Made by a program: the position numbers and the translations under genes. Below are positions 36,151 through 45,310 of a stretch of 61,691 nucleotides of DNA, one piece after another (position 1 is the stretch's first letter; each line of letters starts with the position of its first letter). Below the pieces are notes generated by a model. The model was not told the DNA's origin and made no database searches. It saw only the letters and a list, made by a program, of their open reading frames with translations. The DNA is taken from sequence record DRR723986_4096; one strand, 5' to 3'.

Positions 36151-38316
36151 CTAGTACTGGAATCGACCGACGAGCTGCTGTAGCTCGGTAGCCATTCGCG
36201 ATAGTTCACTTGCAGCTTGCTGCGAGTTTGCGGCACCTTGCGATGTGCTTTCGGCAGCACCAGCAACGCTCGTGATATTGGAAGCGATTTCGTTGGCTCC
36301 CTTAGAAGCTTCTGCCACGTTGCGGCCCATCTCGTTGGCTGTAGCAGTTTGCTCTTCTACAGCACTTGCGATCGTGGCTGAGATGTCGTTGATCTGGTTG
36401 ATCACTTCGGTGATCTTCTGGATCGCGTCGACAGCTCCGCCGGTGTCGGTCTGGATGGTCTCGATCTTGTGGCTGATGTCTTCAGTTGCCTTGGCAGTTT
36501 CCTTGGCAAGTTCCTTGACCTCGTTAGCGACAACAGCAAAGCCCTTTCCAGCTTCACCCGCTCGAGCGGCTTCGATGGTCGCATTGAGAGCAAGGAGGTT
36601 CGTCTGTTCGGCGATCGATGTAATCACCTTGACGACCTTACCAATCTCTGTGCTGCTCTCACCAAGCTTACCGATGGTAGTGTTTGTTGTGTCTACAATC
36701 GAAACGGCTTGCTGTGCAACTCGAGCTGCATCGGAAGCGTTCTTGGCAATCTCACGGATAGCTGCGTTTAGCTCTTCAACGCCCGTAGCCGTCGTTTGAA
36801 CGTTCTGGCTAACTTCATCTGAAGCGGCCGAAACGACATTGGCTTGCGAAGATGTCTCTTCCGCGTTGGCACTCATTTGTGTGCTGACGCTTGATAGTTC
36901 TTCCGAAGCACCCGCCAGTGCAGAGGCGTTGTCGGCAATCGAAGCTACGTTTTGACGAAGGTCACCGAAGAACTTGTTCAGGCCCTCGGCGATTTGGTCG
37001 ATTGCTTCATCGCTGTCAGTAGCAAGTTCGCGAGTCAGGTCACCATCTGCAGCAGCTTGAACCATCTCCAGGATCTTGTTTGCCTTGTCGGCAAGTCGCT
37101 GAGCCTGAGCACGTTCGCGTTCCATGTTTTCTGCGATCTGCCGCTCCTGCTTCACCTTGTCGGTAACCAAAAGCCAGGTAACCAGGGTCCCAGCAAACTC
37201 GCCCTCGCCATCAATGATTTCGTTCGCAGTCAGCAAGAAGATCTCTTCGCCGATCTGGATCTGCCCTTCGAATGGCAGGTTTGATCGGTCGGCCAAGAGC
37301 TTGCGTTGGTGCGACGGATCACGGTGGAAGACGTCGATGTTTTGGCCAATGATGTCATCGGCTTTCACGGGCAGGTACTGCTCGACCTTTCGCAGCATTT
37401 CAATCGCCGAAGGGTTGGCGTAGCTGATATTAAGGTCTTTGTCCGCAAACGTAACAGCAGCGGCCATGCTGTGCATCATGTTGCGAATTCTTGCCGACTC
37501 ATTCGCCTCGTTCTTCTGGGCGGTGATGTCGGAAGCGTATTTGACAACCTTGAATGGCTTGCCATCTTGATCAAAGATTGGGTTGTAAGAAGCTTGGATC
37601 CAAATCTCTTCGCCCGACTTGGTGAATCGCTGGTACTCTCCGGCACGGAACTCACCGCGAGCGAGTGTTTCCCAGTGCTGTCGGTAGTCAACGCTGGAGG
37701 CTTCTTCGGGTGATACAAAGATTCGGTGGTGCTGGCCCACAACTTCCTCTGGTCGGTAGCCCAGCGTAGCCAAGAAGTTTTCGTTGGCACGTCGGATCGT
37801 GCCATCGAGTTCAAATTCGATGACTGCTTGCGAGCGATCAATCGCCTTCAACTGACCTTCGTAATCAGCGTTACGAAGCTTCGTTTCAGTGATATCCGAC
37901 GCGTACTTCACAACCTTGAATGGGTTGCCGTCTTGGTCGAAGATTGGGTTGTATGAAGCCTGAATCCAGACTTCTTTTCCGCCCTTGCCGAATCGTTTGA
38001 ACTCGGCCGCTTGGAAATTCCCTGCCTTTAGGTTTGCCCAAAACTGCTTGTACTCGGCGGACGCCTTGAACTCGTCGTCAACGAAAATACTGTGGTGTTT
38101 GCCGACGACTTCGTCGAGGGTGTAGCCAACACAGCCGAGGAAGTTCTCGTTAGCGTTGAGGATCGTGCCATCGAGATCGAATTCAATCACAGCGTTGGAG
38201 CGATTGATGGCTTCAACCTGTCCTCGGAAATCGGTTAGCTGTAGCTGCAGCTCTTTGGTTTCGGCGGCATCGCCATCTTGGTTAACTTCTTTAGCTTCAG
38301 CAGTTGCAGTAGTCAT
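36151..38316 (-). CDS. Cytoplasmic methyl-accepting chemotaxis protein with three PAS domains and a HAMP-like segment
   Basis: Two PAS-PAC repeats ('AVIEF.LDGTI..ANENFL', '[11 protein letters not shown]'), a third PAS '[12 protein letters not shown]', signalling tip '[34 protein letters not shown]'; no TM segment. Confidence 0.97.
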   Translation of the reverse strand: MTTATAEAKEVNQDGDAAETKELQLQLTDFRGQVEAINRSNAVIEFDLDGTILNANENFLGCVGYTLDEVVGKHHSIFVDDEFKASAEYKQFWANLKAGNFQAAEFKRFGKGGKEVWIQASYNPIFDQDGNPFKVVKYASDITETKLRNADYEGQLKAIDRSQAVIEFELDGTIRRANENFLATLGYRPEEVVGQHHRIFVSPEEASSVDYRQHWETLARGEFRAGEYQRFTKSGEEIWIQASYNPIFDQDGKPFKVVKYASDITAQKNEANESARIRNMMHSMAAAVTFADKDLNISYANPSAIEMLRKVEQYLPVKADDIIGQNIDVFHRDPSHQRKLLADRSNLPFEGQIQIGEEIFLLTANEIIDGEGEFAGTLVTWLLVTDKVKQERQIAENMERERAQAQRLADKANKILEMVQAAADGDLTRELATDSDEAIDQIAEGLNKFFGDLRQNVASIADNASALAGASEELSSVSTQMSANAEETSSQANVVSAASDEVSQNVQTTATGVEELNAAIREIAKNASDAARVAQQAVSIVDTTNTTIGKLGESSTEIGKVVKVITSIAEQTNLLALNATIEAARAGEAGKGFAVVANEVKELAKETAKATEDISHKIETIQTDTGGAVDAIQKITEVINQINDISATIASAVEEQTATANEMGRNVAEASKGANEIASNITSVAGAAESTSQGAANSQQAASELSRMATELQQLVGRFQY

Positions 38317-38415
38317 CTTTTTGCCCTCGGGAGTCTTGTGGTTTTGGTTTGGGTTATGGACTTTTCATCCGTGATTTAGGGCAAACACTGAGTTGCTGCC
38401 CCACGTGTGTTGAGT

Positions 38416-38847
38416 CTAGCCAGCCGCGCCGGTAGCCTGATCCGTATCCAGGATGAGTAGCAAGTTGTCATCCATCTTGTACGCGCCCTGAATTAGTTTG
38501 CGAGCGCTGCCGTTTAAGGTCTCTGGCGGAGGTTCAAAGTTGCTTTCGTCGATCTCTTGGACATCGCCAATTTGATCAACCAGCAAGCTGATTGCTCCGT
38601 CTTCACCTCTCACAACAACATTCATCGGAAGGATATCCTTCGGCCGATCAGGCACGCCCAATCGCTTACGCAGATCTATTGCGGTGACGATCTGTCCCCG
38701 CAGGTTGATAAGCCCGCAAACCGCATCCGGTGCTTGGGGCACGTCCGTCATTTCCTGATAACGGATCACTTCCTGTACTCGTCGCACATCGACGCCAAAC
38801 ATCTGGCCGTCAACTTCAAACGTGCAAAGTTGTTCACAGTTGATCAT
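38416..38847 (-). CDS. cheW: Chemotaxis adaptor CheW
   Basis: 'FGVDVRRVQEVI', 'VPQAP..VCGLINLRGQIVTAIDLR', 'LLVDQIGDV'. Confidence 0.97.
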   Translation of the reverse strand: MINCEQLCTFEVDGQMFGVDVRRVQEVIRYQEMTDVPQAPDAVCGLINLRGQIVTAIDLRKRLGVPDRPKDILPMNVVVRGEDGAISLLVDQIGDVQEIDESNFEPPPETLNGSARKLIQGAYKMDDNLLLILDTDQATGAAG

Positions 38848-38926
38848 TCGTATTTCCTTGCCAAGACCGCCTTGGACGTTTAGTAGTTGTTCTTAGTGGT
38901 TCCGACGCATGAAGCTTACGCTTCGT

Positions 38927-41818
38927 TTAACCGTCGACTTGTGCGATGATTGCTGGCAAGTCGACCAGATCGGTAACACATCCTTGAATCACGGCCGAAC
39001 CTAGTAGGCCACGAGCATTACTCTTGCGGAGTGTTTCGATTTCTGTTTCAACGATGTCCACGATCTCGTCAACGACGATTCCGTAGCTGCGTCCGTTCTC
39101 GGTGTACACCACAACGTTCAGCAGATCTGCGTCGGATCCACCGCGGCTGTAGCCCAGGACATCGGCCAAACGAATCAGCGGCATAATTTCTCCGCGATAC
39201 TGAACGACTTCCTTTCGTTCGGCCATTTCGACCGCATCGATGGAGATCTGCTCCAGTCGAGCCACCTGCGAAATTGGCAAAGTGAGTCGCCGTTTGTTGT
39301 CGGTGCCAAGAACCAGGAAGGTTTGCGTTTGGCCGCTCAAGTCTTTGTTCGGATCAGCGCTTTCCAGGTGAGCTCGGTCGCGAGCCTTGCTGATGACTTG
39401 CGAGGCGTGCGCCAGGCCAAGTACATCAAGAATTAAGGCAACTTTACCATCGCCCATGATGGTGGCACCCGCGTAAACCGAAAGGCTCTTGAGTTGCGAG
39501 CTAAGCGGCTTGACCACGATTTCTTCGGTGTCGTTGATGCGATCGACGACAAGTCCGAATTGGCGATCGTCGGCCCGGAGCACAACGATGTTAATGGAGT
39601 CGTCCGTTTCTTCTTGGCTATTGGTGCTCAGCACTTTGCGAAGATAAACAAGTGGTAGGAGGCGTCCGCGAAGACGATAAACGGGTGCTCCCTGGATCCA
39701 CTCGATCGAATCTTTTGCTTGTGCACCGTCCAGGCGGACCAGTTCAAGCAGGTTGACTTGTGGGATTGCGAATCGATTGCCGTCGTTGGAAACGATCAAT
39801 GCCGGGATAATCGCAAGTGTTAGTGGGATCTTGATCTTGATCGTTGTGCCGTGGCCGTGTTGACTTTGGATATCAACGGTCCCGCCGATCTTTTCGATGT
39901 TCGTCTTTACGACGTCCATCCCGACGCCACGCCCCGAAACATTGGAGACTTTTTCGGCGGTGGAGAATCCTGGCATGAAGATCAGTTGACCCGCATCGCG
40001 GTCCTGCATCCGTTCGGCTTGTTCGGCCGTGATGAGTCCCTTGTCGACAGCCTTCTGCCGAATACGCTCTAGTTTCAGCCCGGCACCGTCGTCGCAGATC
40101 TCGATGTTGACCTGTCCACCCTCATGGTAGGCTCGCAGTAGCAGGCAACCTTCTGCAGGCTTGCCGTTCTCTACACGGGCCTCAGGTGGTTCAATTCCGT
40201 GGTCTACGGAGTTGCGGACCAAGTGAGTGAGCGGATCCTTGATGGCTTCGATGATCGTCTTGTCGAGTTCCGTTTCACGCCCTTCCATCTCGATGCGGAC
40301 TTGCTTGCCGCAGGTTGTGGCCAAGTCGCGGACGATTCTAGGGAACTTGCTCCAAACGTTTCCGATGGGCTGCATACGTGTCTTCATAACACTTTCTTGC
40401 AGCTCGGTTGTGATCAAATTGAGACGTTGACCTGTGCTTGCAAAATCATTGTCCCCAGCAGAGTTGGTGAACTGCATGATTTGGTTGCGAGCCAATACCA
40501 ATTCACCCACGCGAGTCATCAGTTTGTCTAGCAAAGCGACGTCGACGCGGATGGTGCTGTCGGCGGCACTCTTGACTTCTCCCTGTGGTGGGGCAGGTTT
40601 CTTGCTCGACTCCGCAGCAGGTTTTTGTTTGGCTGGGCTGCTGGATGCTGCGGGCGTCTTGGGGGAATCTGACGAAGGCGTTGCGTCTGCCTTCGGTGCG
40701 TTTTCCTGAGTTGCAGCAGCAGGCTGGGAATCGGTTGACTCCTGTGCTGCAGGCTCTGGGCTGGGCTTAGATTCGACGGTTGCCGCGGCCACCGCGTTAG
40801 GCTCGGCGGTGACCGGCGGCTCCTCGTCTTGTGTTTCGAATGCAGGCGACCGACCGCAGGATGTCGGTGTCTTTCCCTCGTTTACAGCATTGATTTCGTC
40901 CAGCACAGCTTGGCAGTCGCAACCAGCGTCGGTTCCATTCTCCTCAATGGCCTCCAACAAGTCTCGGACTTGGTCGATCATGGAGAACAAAGCGCTGCCA
41001 ATGGTTTCGTTCAGCTTTCGTTGCCCGCTGCGAACGCTACCGAGCAGGTTTTCGCCAGCGTGCGTTACTTTCTCGAGAACGTTGTAGGCGAGGAAGCCGC
41101 TACTGCCCTTAATGGTATGAACGCTTCGGAAGATCCCGTTGATCAGTTCGTCATTGTCTGGGTCGCGTTCAAGTGCAACCAGATCGCGCTCGACCTGTTC
41201 CAGGTTGTCGTGACTTTCGACAAGGAACTCGCGGACGGCTTCTTGGCTGATGCCCGTTGGAGCGACAAGCTTCTTTTCGGCGTCTGCTTCGCCTGGTGCC
41301 GCTGGCTCTGCAGTCGCCGCTTCTGTGGGCTCGGCTGAATCAGCAATAGTCGGTGTTGTTGGAGCCGCATCTGCACCTGCATCTGATTCGGCTGCGTCAG
41401 GTGCGGGACTAGCTGGTGCGTCAGCGCCCGTTGCGCCATTCAAGACTGCTTCAAGCGCGGTGATGTGAGCTGAAACGTCTTGTTCGTTGGACGTTTCTAC
41501 TGCACCTAACAGTTCTTTCAGTTGGTCGGTCGCACTCAGAAGCGTGTTAACGACGTGGCTTGTTGGTACGATTTCGTTGTTGCGCAGGCGGTCCAGCACC
41601 GCTTCTTCGCGGTGTGCAAGCGATTCAAGCGTTTGCAAACCCAGGAATCCAGCGGCGCCCTTAATCGAGTGAACGGCGCGAAAGACCTTGTTGACAAGGC
41701 CCACATCGACGCCATCTTGCTGGGATTCGAGAGTAAGCAATTGGCTCTCAACATCCTCAAGATGCTCTTGTGACTCGACTACAAACTCGGTCAACAGCTC
41801 ATCATCTTCGAAGCTCAT
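38927..41818 (-). CDS. cheA: Chemotaxis histidine kinase CheA (two HPT, two CheW-like domains)
   Basis: HPTs 'FRAVHSIKG' and 'FRSVHTIKG'; 'HLVRNSVDHGIE', 'DDGAG', 'GFST', 'SGRGVGMDVV', 'PLTLAI'. Start ATG 41818 (or 41857). Confidence 0.98.
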   Translation of the reverse strand: MSFEDDELLTEFVVESQEHLEDVESQLLTLESQQDGVDVGLVNKVFRAVHSIKGAAGFLGLQTLESLAHREEAVLDRLRNNEIVPTSHVVNTLLSATDQLKELLGAVETSNEQDVSAHITALEAVLNGATGADAPASPAPDAAESDAGADAAPTTPTIADSAEPTEAATAEPAAPGEADAEKKLVAPTGISQEAVREFLVESHDNLEQVERDLVALERDPDNDELINGIFRSVHTIKGSSGFLAYNVLEKVTHAGENLLGSVRSGQRKLNETIGSALFSMIDQVRDLLEAIEENGTDAGCDCQAVLDEINAVNEGKTPTSCGRSPAFETQDEEPPVTAEPNAVAAATVESKPSPEPAAQESTDSQPAAATQENAPKADATPSSDSPKTPAASSSPAKQKPAAESSKKPAPPQGEVKSAADSTIRVDVALLDKLMTRVGELVLARNQIMQFTNSAGDNDFASTGQRLNLITTELQESVMKTRMQPIGNVWSKFPRIVRDLATTCGKQVRIEMEGRETELDKTIIEAIKDPLTHLVRNSVDHGIEPPEARVENGKPAEGCLLLRAYHEGGQVNIEICDDGAGLKLERIRQKAVDKGLITAEQAERMQDRDAGQLIFMPGFSTAEKVSNVSGRGVGMDVVKTNIEKIGGTVDIQSQHGHGTTIKIKIPLTLAIIPALIVSNDGNRFAIPQVNLLELVRLDGAQAKDSIEWIQGAPVYRLRGRLLPLVYLRKVLSTNSQEETDDSINIVVLRADDRQFGLVVDRINDTEEIVVKPLSSQLKSLSVYAGATIMGDGKVALILDVLGLAHASQVISKARDRAHLESADPNKDLSGQTQTFLVLGTDNKRRLTLPISQVARLEQISIDAVEMAERKEVVQYRGEIMPLIRLADVLGYSRGGSDADLLNVVVYTENGRSYGIVVDEIVDIVETEIETLRKSNARGLLGSAVIQGCVTDLVDLPAIIAQVDG

Positions 41819-42473
41819 TCTGACTCGCCCAGCAATAAAGGATCGGGTGCGTACCATGGACCGCTCACGATCTTGCGCAGCGGTTTCGGTAGTTGTGTGT
41901 GGTGTAAGCCTTCTTCAGACGGCCACTTGAACCCAAGTTCTCAAGGGTCGAAGTTCGTCTGATACGGCGCGCTAAAGCATCGACTGTTTATGCAGTCCGC
42001 CGGCGCGCCGCCGAGTTGCGTGTCGCTTCTACTGCGTGCGTGGGATGAGGCAAGAATTCCACGCGCTGAAGCAGTGCTTCAGAGAGGTTGCAGCAAATCA
42101 ACACAACCCGGTGTCGGATATCGTTTGTGCGAAGATATATGCCCTGCGGAAGATAGACGGGCAAGGTAAAAGGCTCTGCGGATTGCCGCACGTCTGCCGG
42201 CGGGGGGTGCAGGATCTGCCCTCTAGGTAGGTGCGAGGGCGACAGCAGATCTGGCTTTACGGGTGAAATACATTGCACCACGGAAAGGTAAGGCCGAAAT
42301 CACCGCGGGAGAAATTCCGTGAACATTAACGTTCGTAAATCTGGACTTTTAGCGGCCAACCGTAGCACTTCTTTGTGCATGGTTGTCGGCCTGATTGGTA
42401 GCACCGCGTTTCATCGCGGCATCATCACTGCCGTTGAAGCGAGCGTTTCTTACGTGGCTACATTAGAGGCCAC

Positions 42474-43319
42474 TCAGCGCTTCGCGCTAGGCAAGCGAAT
42501 TAGTTGGATTTCGCGGACATCCATCAGGGCTGTCTTGGCGATCTTCGTCGGTCGTACAGTTACATTGTGGATGCCAGGCCGCTGGATGCGGACGCTTCCA
42601 AGGTGCCGCCAGCGAAAATCCTGAAAGTGCCCCGTCTCTTCGACGGTGAAATCCAGCGATTGAACTCGATCGATTCCTTTGGATGTGATCTCGATAACGG
42701 CAGCGCTTCCACCCTGCCCTTTACCACAGCCCTGCAGGATTCCAATATTGAACTCCCCAGGTTCGTCGACCTGTATCGTCCATGTTGCTTGGTCTTTCTT
42801 ACCTACCCAGTAACCGACGGTGTTCTTGTGCGGCTGCGGTTCATAACGGACCTTCTCACCCTTGGTCACCGCCATGTTCGCGGTAAGCCGAAAACGACCG
42901 TCACCCAAGGACTTGATCGGAGCCACTTCGGATGCCAACAGCGGTGGGCCATCAAACTTCATCGTGATTGTTTGCGTGGTCGTCCCCTTTGCAGGGTCCC
43001 AGGTTAGACGCCAATAGTCCGGTTCTGGCGTGACCGTGATGGGGGCGGCGCTGGCATTGGCTTTGGGATCATCATTGAGATACTCAGCCCAGTGCACACT
43101 CACGATGCTTGAAAAGAACCGCGGTATCCAGACTTCAGAAGCGCCGCCAGCAACCTGCAATCGTAGTTCGCTACCCTGCCGCGTAATGGTAACGTTCTTG
43201 AGGTGTTCGGATTCGATGGACTGTTTGTCCGCAGTATCGTCAGCAAGTGCCGTTTCGCCGAAGCCGAGAGAGAGAAGTAGAAGGGCAATCGTCGCGTATC
43301 CGCCAAGATATGTCGGCAT
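42474..43319 (-). CDS. Secreted protein with C-terminal CBM6/35-like beta-sandwich
   Basis: Signal peptide; 'RYEPQPHKNTVGYW..DQATW..PGEF..QGCG.GQGGS..TGHFQDF..LGSV'. Confidence 0.75.
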   Translation of the reverse strand: MPTYLGGYATIALLLLSLGFGETALADDTADKQSIESEHLKNVTITRQGSELRLQVAGGASEVWIPRFFSSIVSVHWAEYLNDDPKANASAAPITVTPEPDYWRLTWDPAKGTTTQTITMKFDGPPLLASEVAPIKSLGDGRFRLTANMAVTKGEKVRYEPQPHKNTVGYWVGKKDQATWTIQVDEPGEFNIGILQGCGKGQGGSAAVIEITSKGIDRVQSLDFTVEETGHFQDFRWRHLGSVRIQRPGIHNVTVRPTKIAKTALMDVREIQLIRLPSAKR

Positions 43320-43436
43320 GTCGATTCCAGTAGAAAGGGGCCAAGTAGCTAAACAGCAACGCCGCGGTGAGCTAGCGTAAAGCCCTTAGTCTATCCTCCG
43401 CCGATCTGCGTTTGCAACGGCCGCCCAAGTCGAGTG

Positions 43437-45290
43437 CTACTTGCGACTACGCTTGAATTGTCTGTAGTCGCGACGTTGGTCTTTCTCGCCATCGCTCTTC
43501 TCGTCGCCCTTTCCACTGCCCTTGCCCTGGGATTTGGATAGCACTTCTTTGGCGAAGTTCTTGTATTCGGCGATGCGCTGTTCGCTTAAGTTCTTCCAGT
43601 CGATCGCTCCGAAGTCTCTCCTCCGCAGAGCGTCGTAGTCTGCCTTCTCTTGCTCTGGCGTCCGTTCGACGAAGGCTCGTCCGGAAGAGTCTGGTTGTGG
43701 CTTGGATTCAGTTTTTTGTTCTTTGGGTGGAGTCGCCTCGGCCCGCTTCTCTGCCTCTGCAGCCAGTCCTACATACTCGTTGCTCAACAAGTCGGTCTGT
43801 CGCCCGTCGGGCTTAATGAATAGGGCCCAGTTGTGCAGCATGCCGAAACGATCGCTGCGTGTGCAGCGGATCACAAGCTGCCAGATCCCCTTGGCGCTCT
43901 TGCCGTTGTAATGTCCAAGGCTCGGCTGCCGACGAATTGCAGCATAGGGTTGAAAGGACCCTTCGAAGGGCGATCTCGCTTTGGTGATAGGTGTCGACGC
44001 TTGGTCATCGAAGGTTGTCTTTTCGAAGTTGTCGCCGCTGCCACCGACCCCATTGAACAACTCGATACGCTGACCATCTGGCCCTGTCAGGTAACCCTCT
44101 AATTGAGAAGTACTTGTGTGAGTAATCGTGAGCTGTAGATTCAGATCACCGACGATAATGTCTTCTGGTACTTCCAGTTCAGAGATAATCGTTTTCTTGG
44201 GTGGCAGGATTTCCGCAGTGTCATTTCGATAGGAACCGCCCATGAGTGCCGCCGATTTGGCAACTTCAGTCGATGTCAGCAGGCCATCACCGTTGGTGTC
44301 CAGCGATGAAAACTCAAAAAGTTTTTCTTCTGTGAGCTCTTCGGCAAACTCCGCCAGCGATACTTGATCGTCGCGATCGGTGTCGAGTTCGTAGAACCAG
44401 CCTGGCAGTGGACTTCCTGCATCGCCCGATTCATCTTGTAGTTTCTTGAGGTAGCCATACATTTCCTCTCGAGAAATCTCACCGCTCAGGTCGGCGTCGA
44501 TTTGACCAACGGGCATTCCTAGCGTAGCGGACTCTTCGGGATCAAGTCTGCCATTGCGGTCCGAGTCGAACCGGCTCATCAGGCTAGCGGTTAGCCAGTA
44601 GCTATTACCTTCTCGCCACCACCTGGATCGATCGTCTCGACGAGAATCGCCGTTGCGTGCTGACGACTGAATGCCGTTTCCAACACGTCGAGCCTTTTGA
44701 ATCAGTTCGCCGGCATCCCCTTCCAGCAGCCGACGTCGCGCGTAACGCTGGGCAAGTTCAACGCGGCTCAGTCGATCATCTTTGTTTAGATCCATCTCAA
44801 ACGGATCTCGGTGCGTCCACGTTGCCCGGTTCGCCTCGCGACGGTTGATGAATCCATCGTCATCGCGGTCGTAGCGACGAATTGTTCTGTCCGCTTCCTC
44901 GATGTCTTCTTGGTTGTATGGGTATTTGATGACCGCCGCGCCAAAATCAGGAATCAAATTCTGCTCGTCGTCTGGTTCGAAACTCTTGATGCTGCTTTCA
45001 CTCTGGACGCGGACTCTTTCGCCTCGAACACCATTCTGCAGCGCGTGGTAGATCCTGGCTGCCTCTTGGAATTCTTCGATCGGATTGGATCGTTCGAGTC
45101 GAAGGCGCTTGGCGGTTGCGATCCTTTCTAGATAAGGTCGCGCCAGGGACGTTATTTCGTCAGGGTCGATCTCACCATTCTCGTTGATATCGAGTCGCTC
45201 GAGCGATTGACGGAGGCCGGACTGGCCGTGCGCCGCGCCAGATAGGAAGCCGACGGCGAAGAGTCCAAGCAGGCTGATGCGATAGATCAT
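43437..45290 (-). CDS. Secreted EF-hand-repeat protein with proprotein-convertase P-domain
   Basis: Seven EF-like loops (DINENGEIDPDE, DRDDDGFINRRE, DLNKDDRLSRVE, DSDRNGRLDPEE, DADLSGEISREE, DTDRDDQVSLAE, DTNGDGLLTSTE); P-domain 'ITHT....L...LTGPDG', 'NGKSAKGIWQL.I', 'G.LHNWAL'. Confidence 0.88.
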   Translation of the reverse strand: MIYRISLLGLFAVGFLSGAAHGQSGLRQSLERLDINENGEIDPDEITSLARPYLERIATAKRLRLERSNPIEEFQEAARIYHALQNGVRGERVRVQSESSIKSFEPDDEQNLIPDFGAAVIKYPYNQEDIEEADRTIRRYDRDDDGFINRREANRATWTHRDPFEMDLNKDDRLSRVELAQRYARRRLLEGDAGELIQKARRVGNGIQSSARNGDSRRDDRSRWWREGNSYWLTASLMSRFDSDRNGRLDPEESATLGMPVGQIDADLSGEISREEMYGYLKKLQDESGDAGSPLPGWFYELDTDRDDQVSLAEFAEELTEEKLFEFSSLDTNGDGLLTSTEVAKSAALMGGSYRNDTAEILPPKKTIISELEVPEDIIVGDLNLQLTITHTSTSQLEGYLTGPDGQRIELFNGVGGSGDNFEKTTFDDQASTPITKARSPFEGSFQPYAAIRRQPSLGHYNGKSAKGIWQLVIRCTRSDRFGMLHNWALFIKPDGRQTDLLSNEYVGLAAEAEKRAEATPPKEQKTESKPQPDSSGRAFVERTPEQEKADYDALRRRDFGAIDWKNLSEQRIAEYKNFAKEVLSKSQGKGSGKGDEKSDGEKDQRRDYRQFKRSRK

Positions 45291-45310
45291 GGGTCATGCC
45301 CCTCTTTGGA

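Noticed and set aside
41860-42470. Possible c-di-GMP riboswitch or sigma28 promoter upstream of cheA
   Set aside because: Hairpins are present, but no GCAAA..GAAA..ACGCAAAG core and no properly spaced TAAA-N15-GCCGATAA were found.
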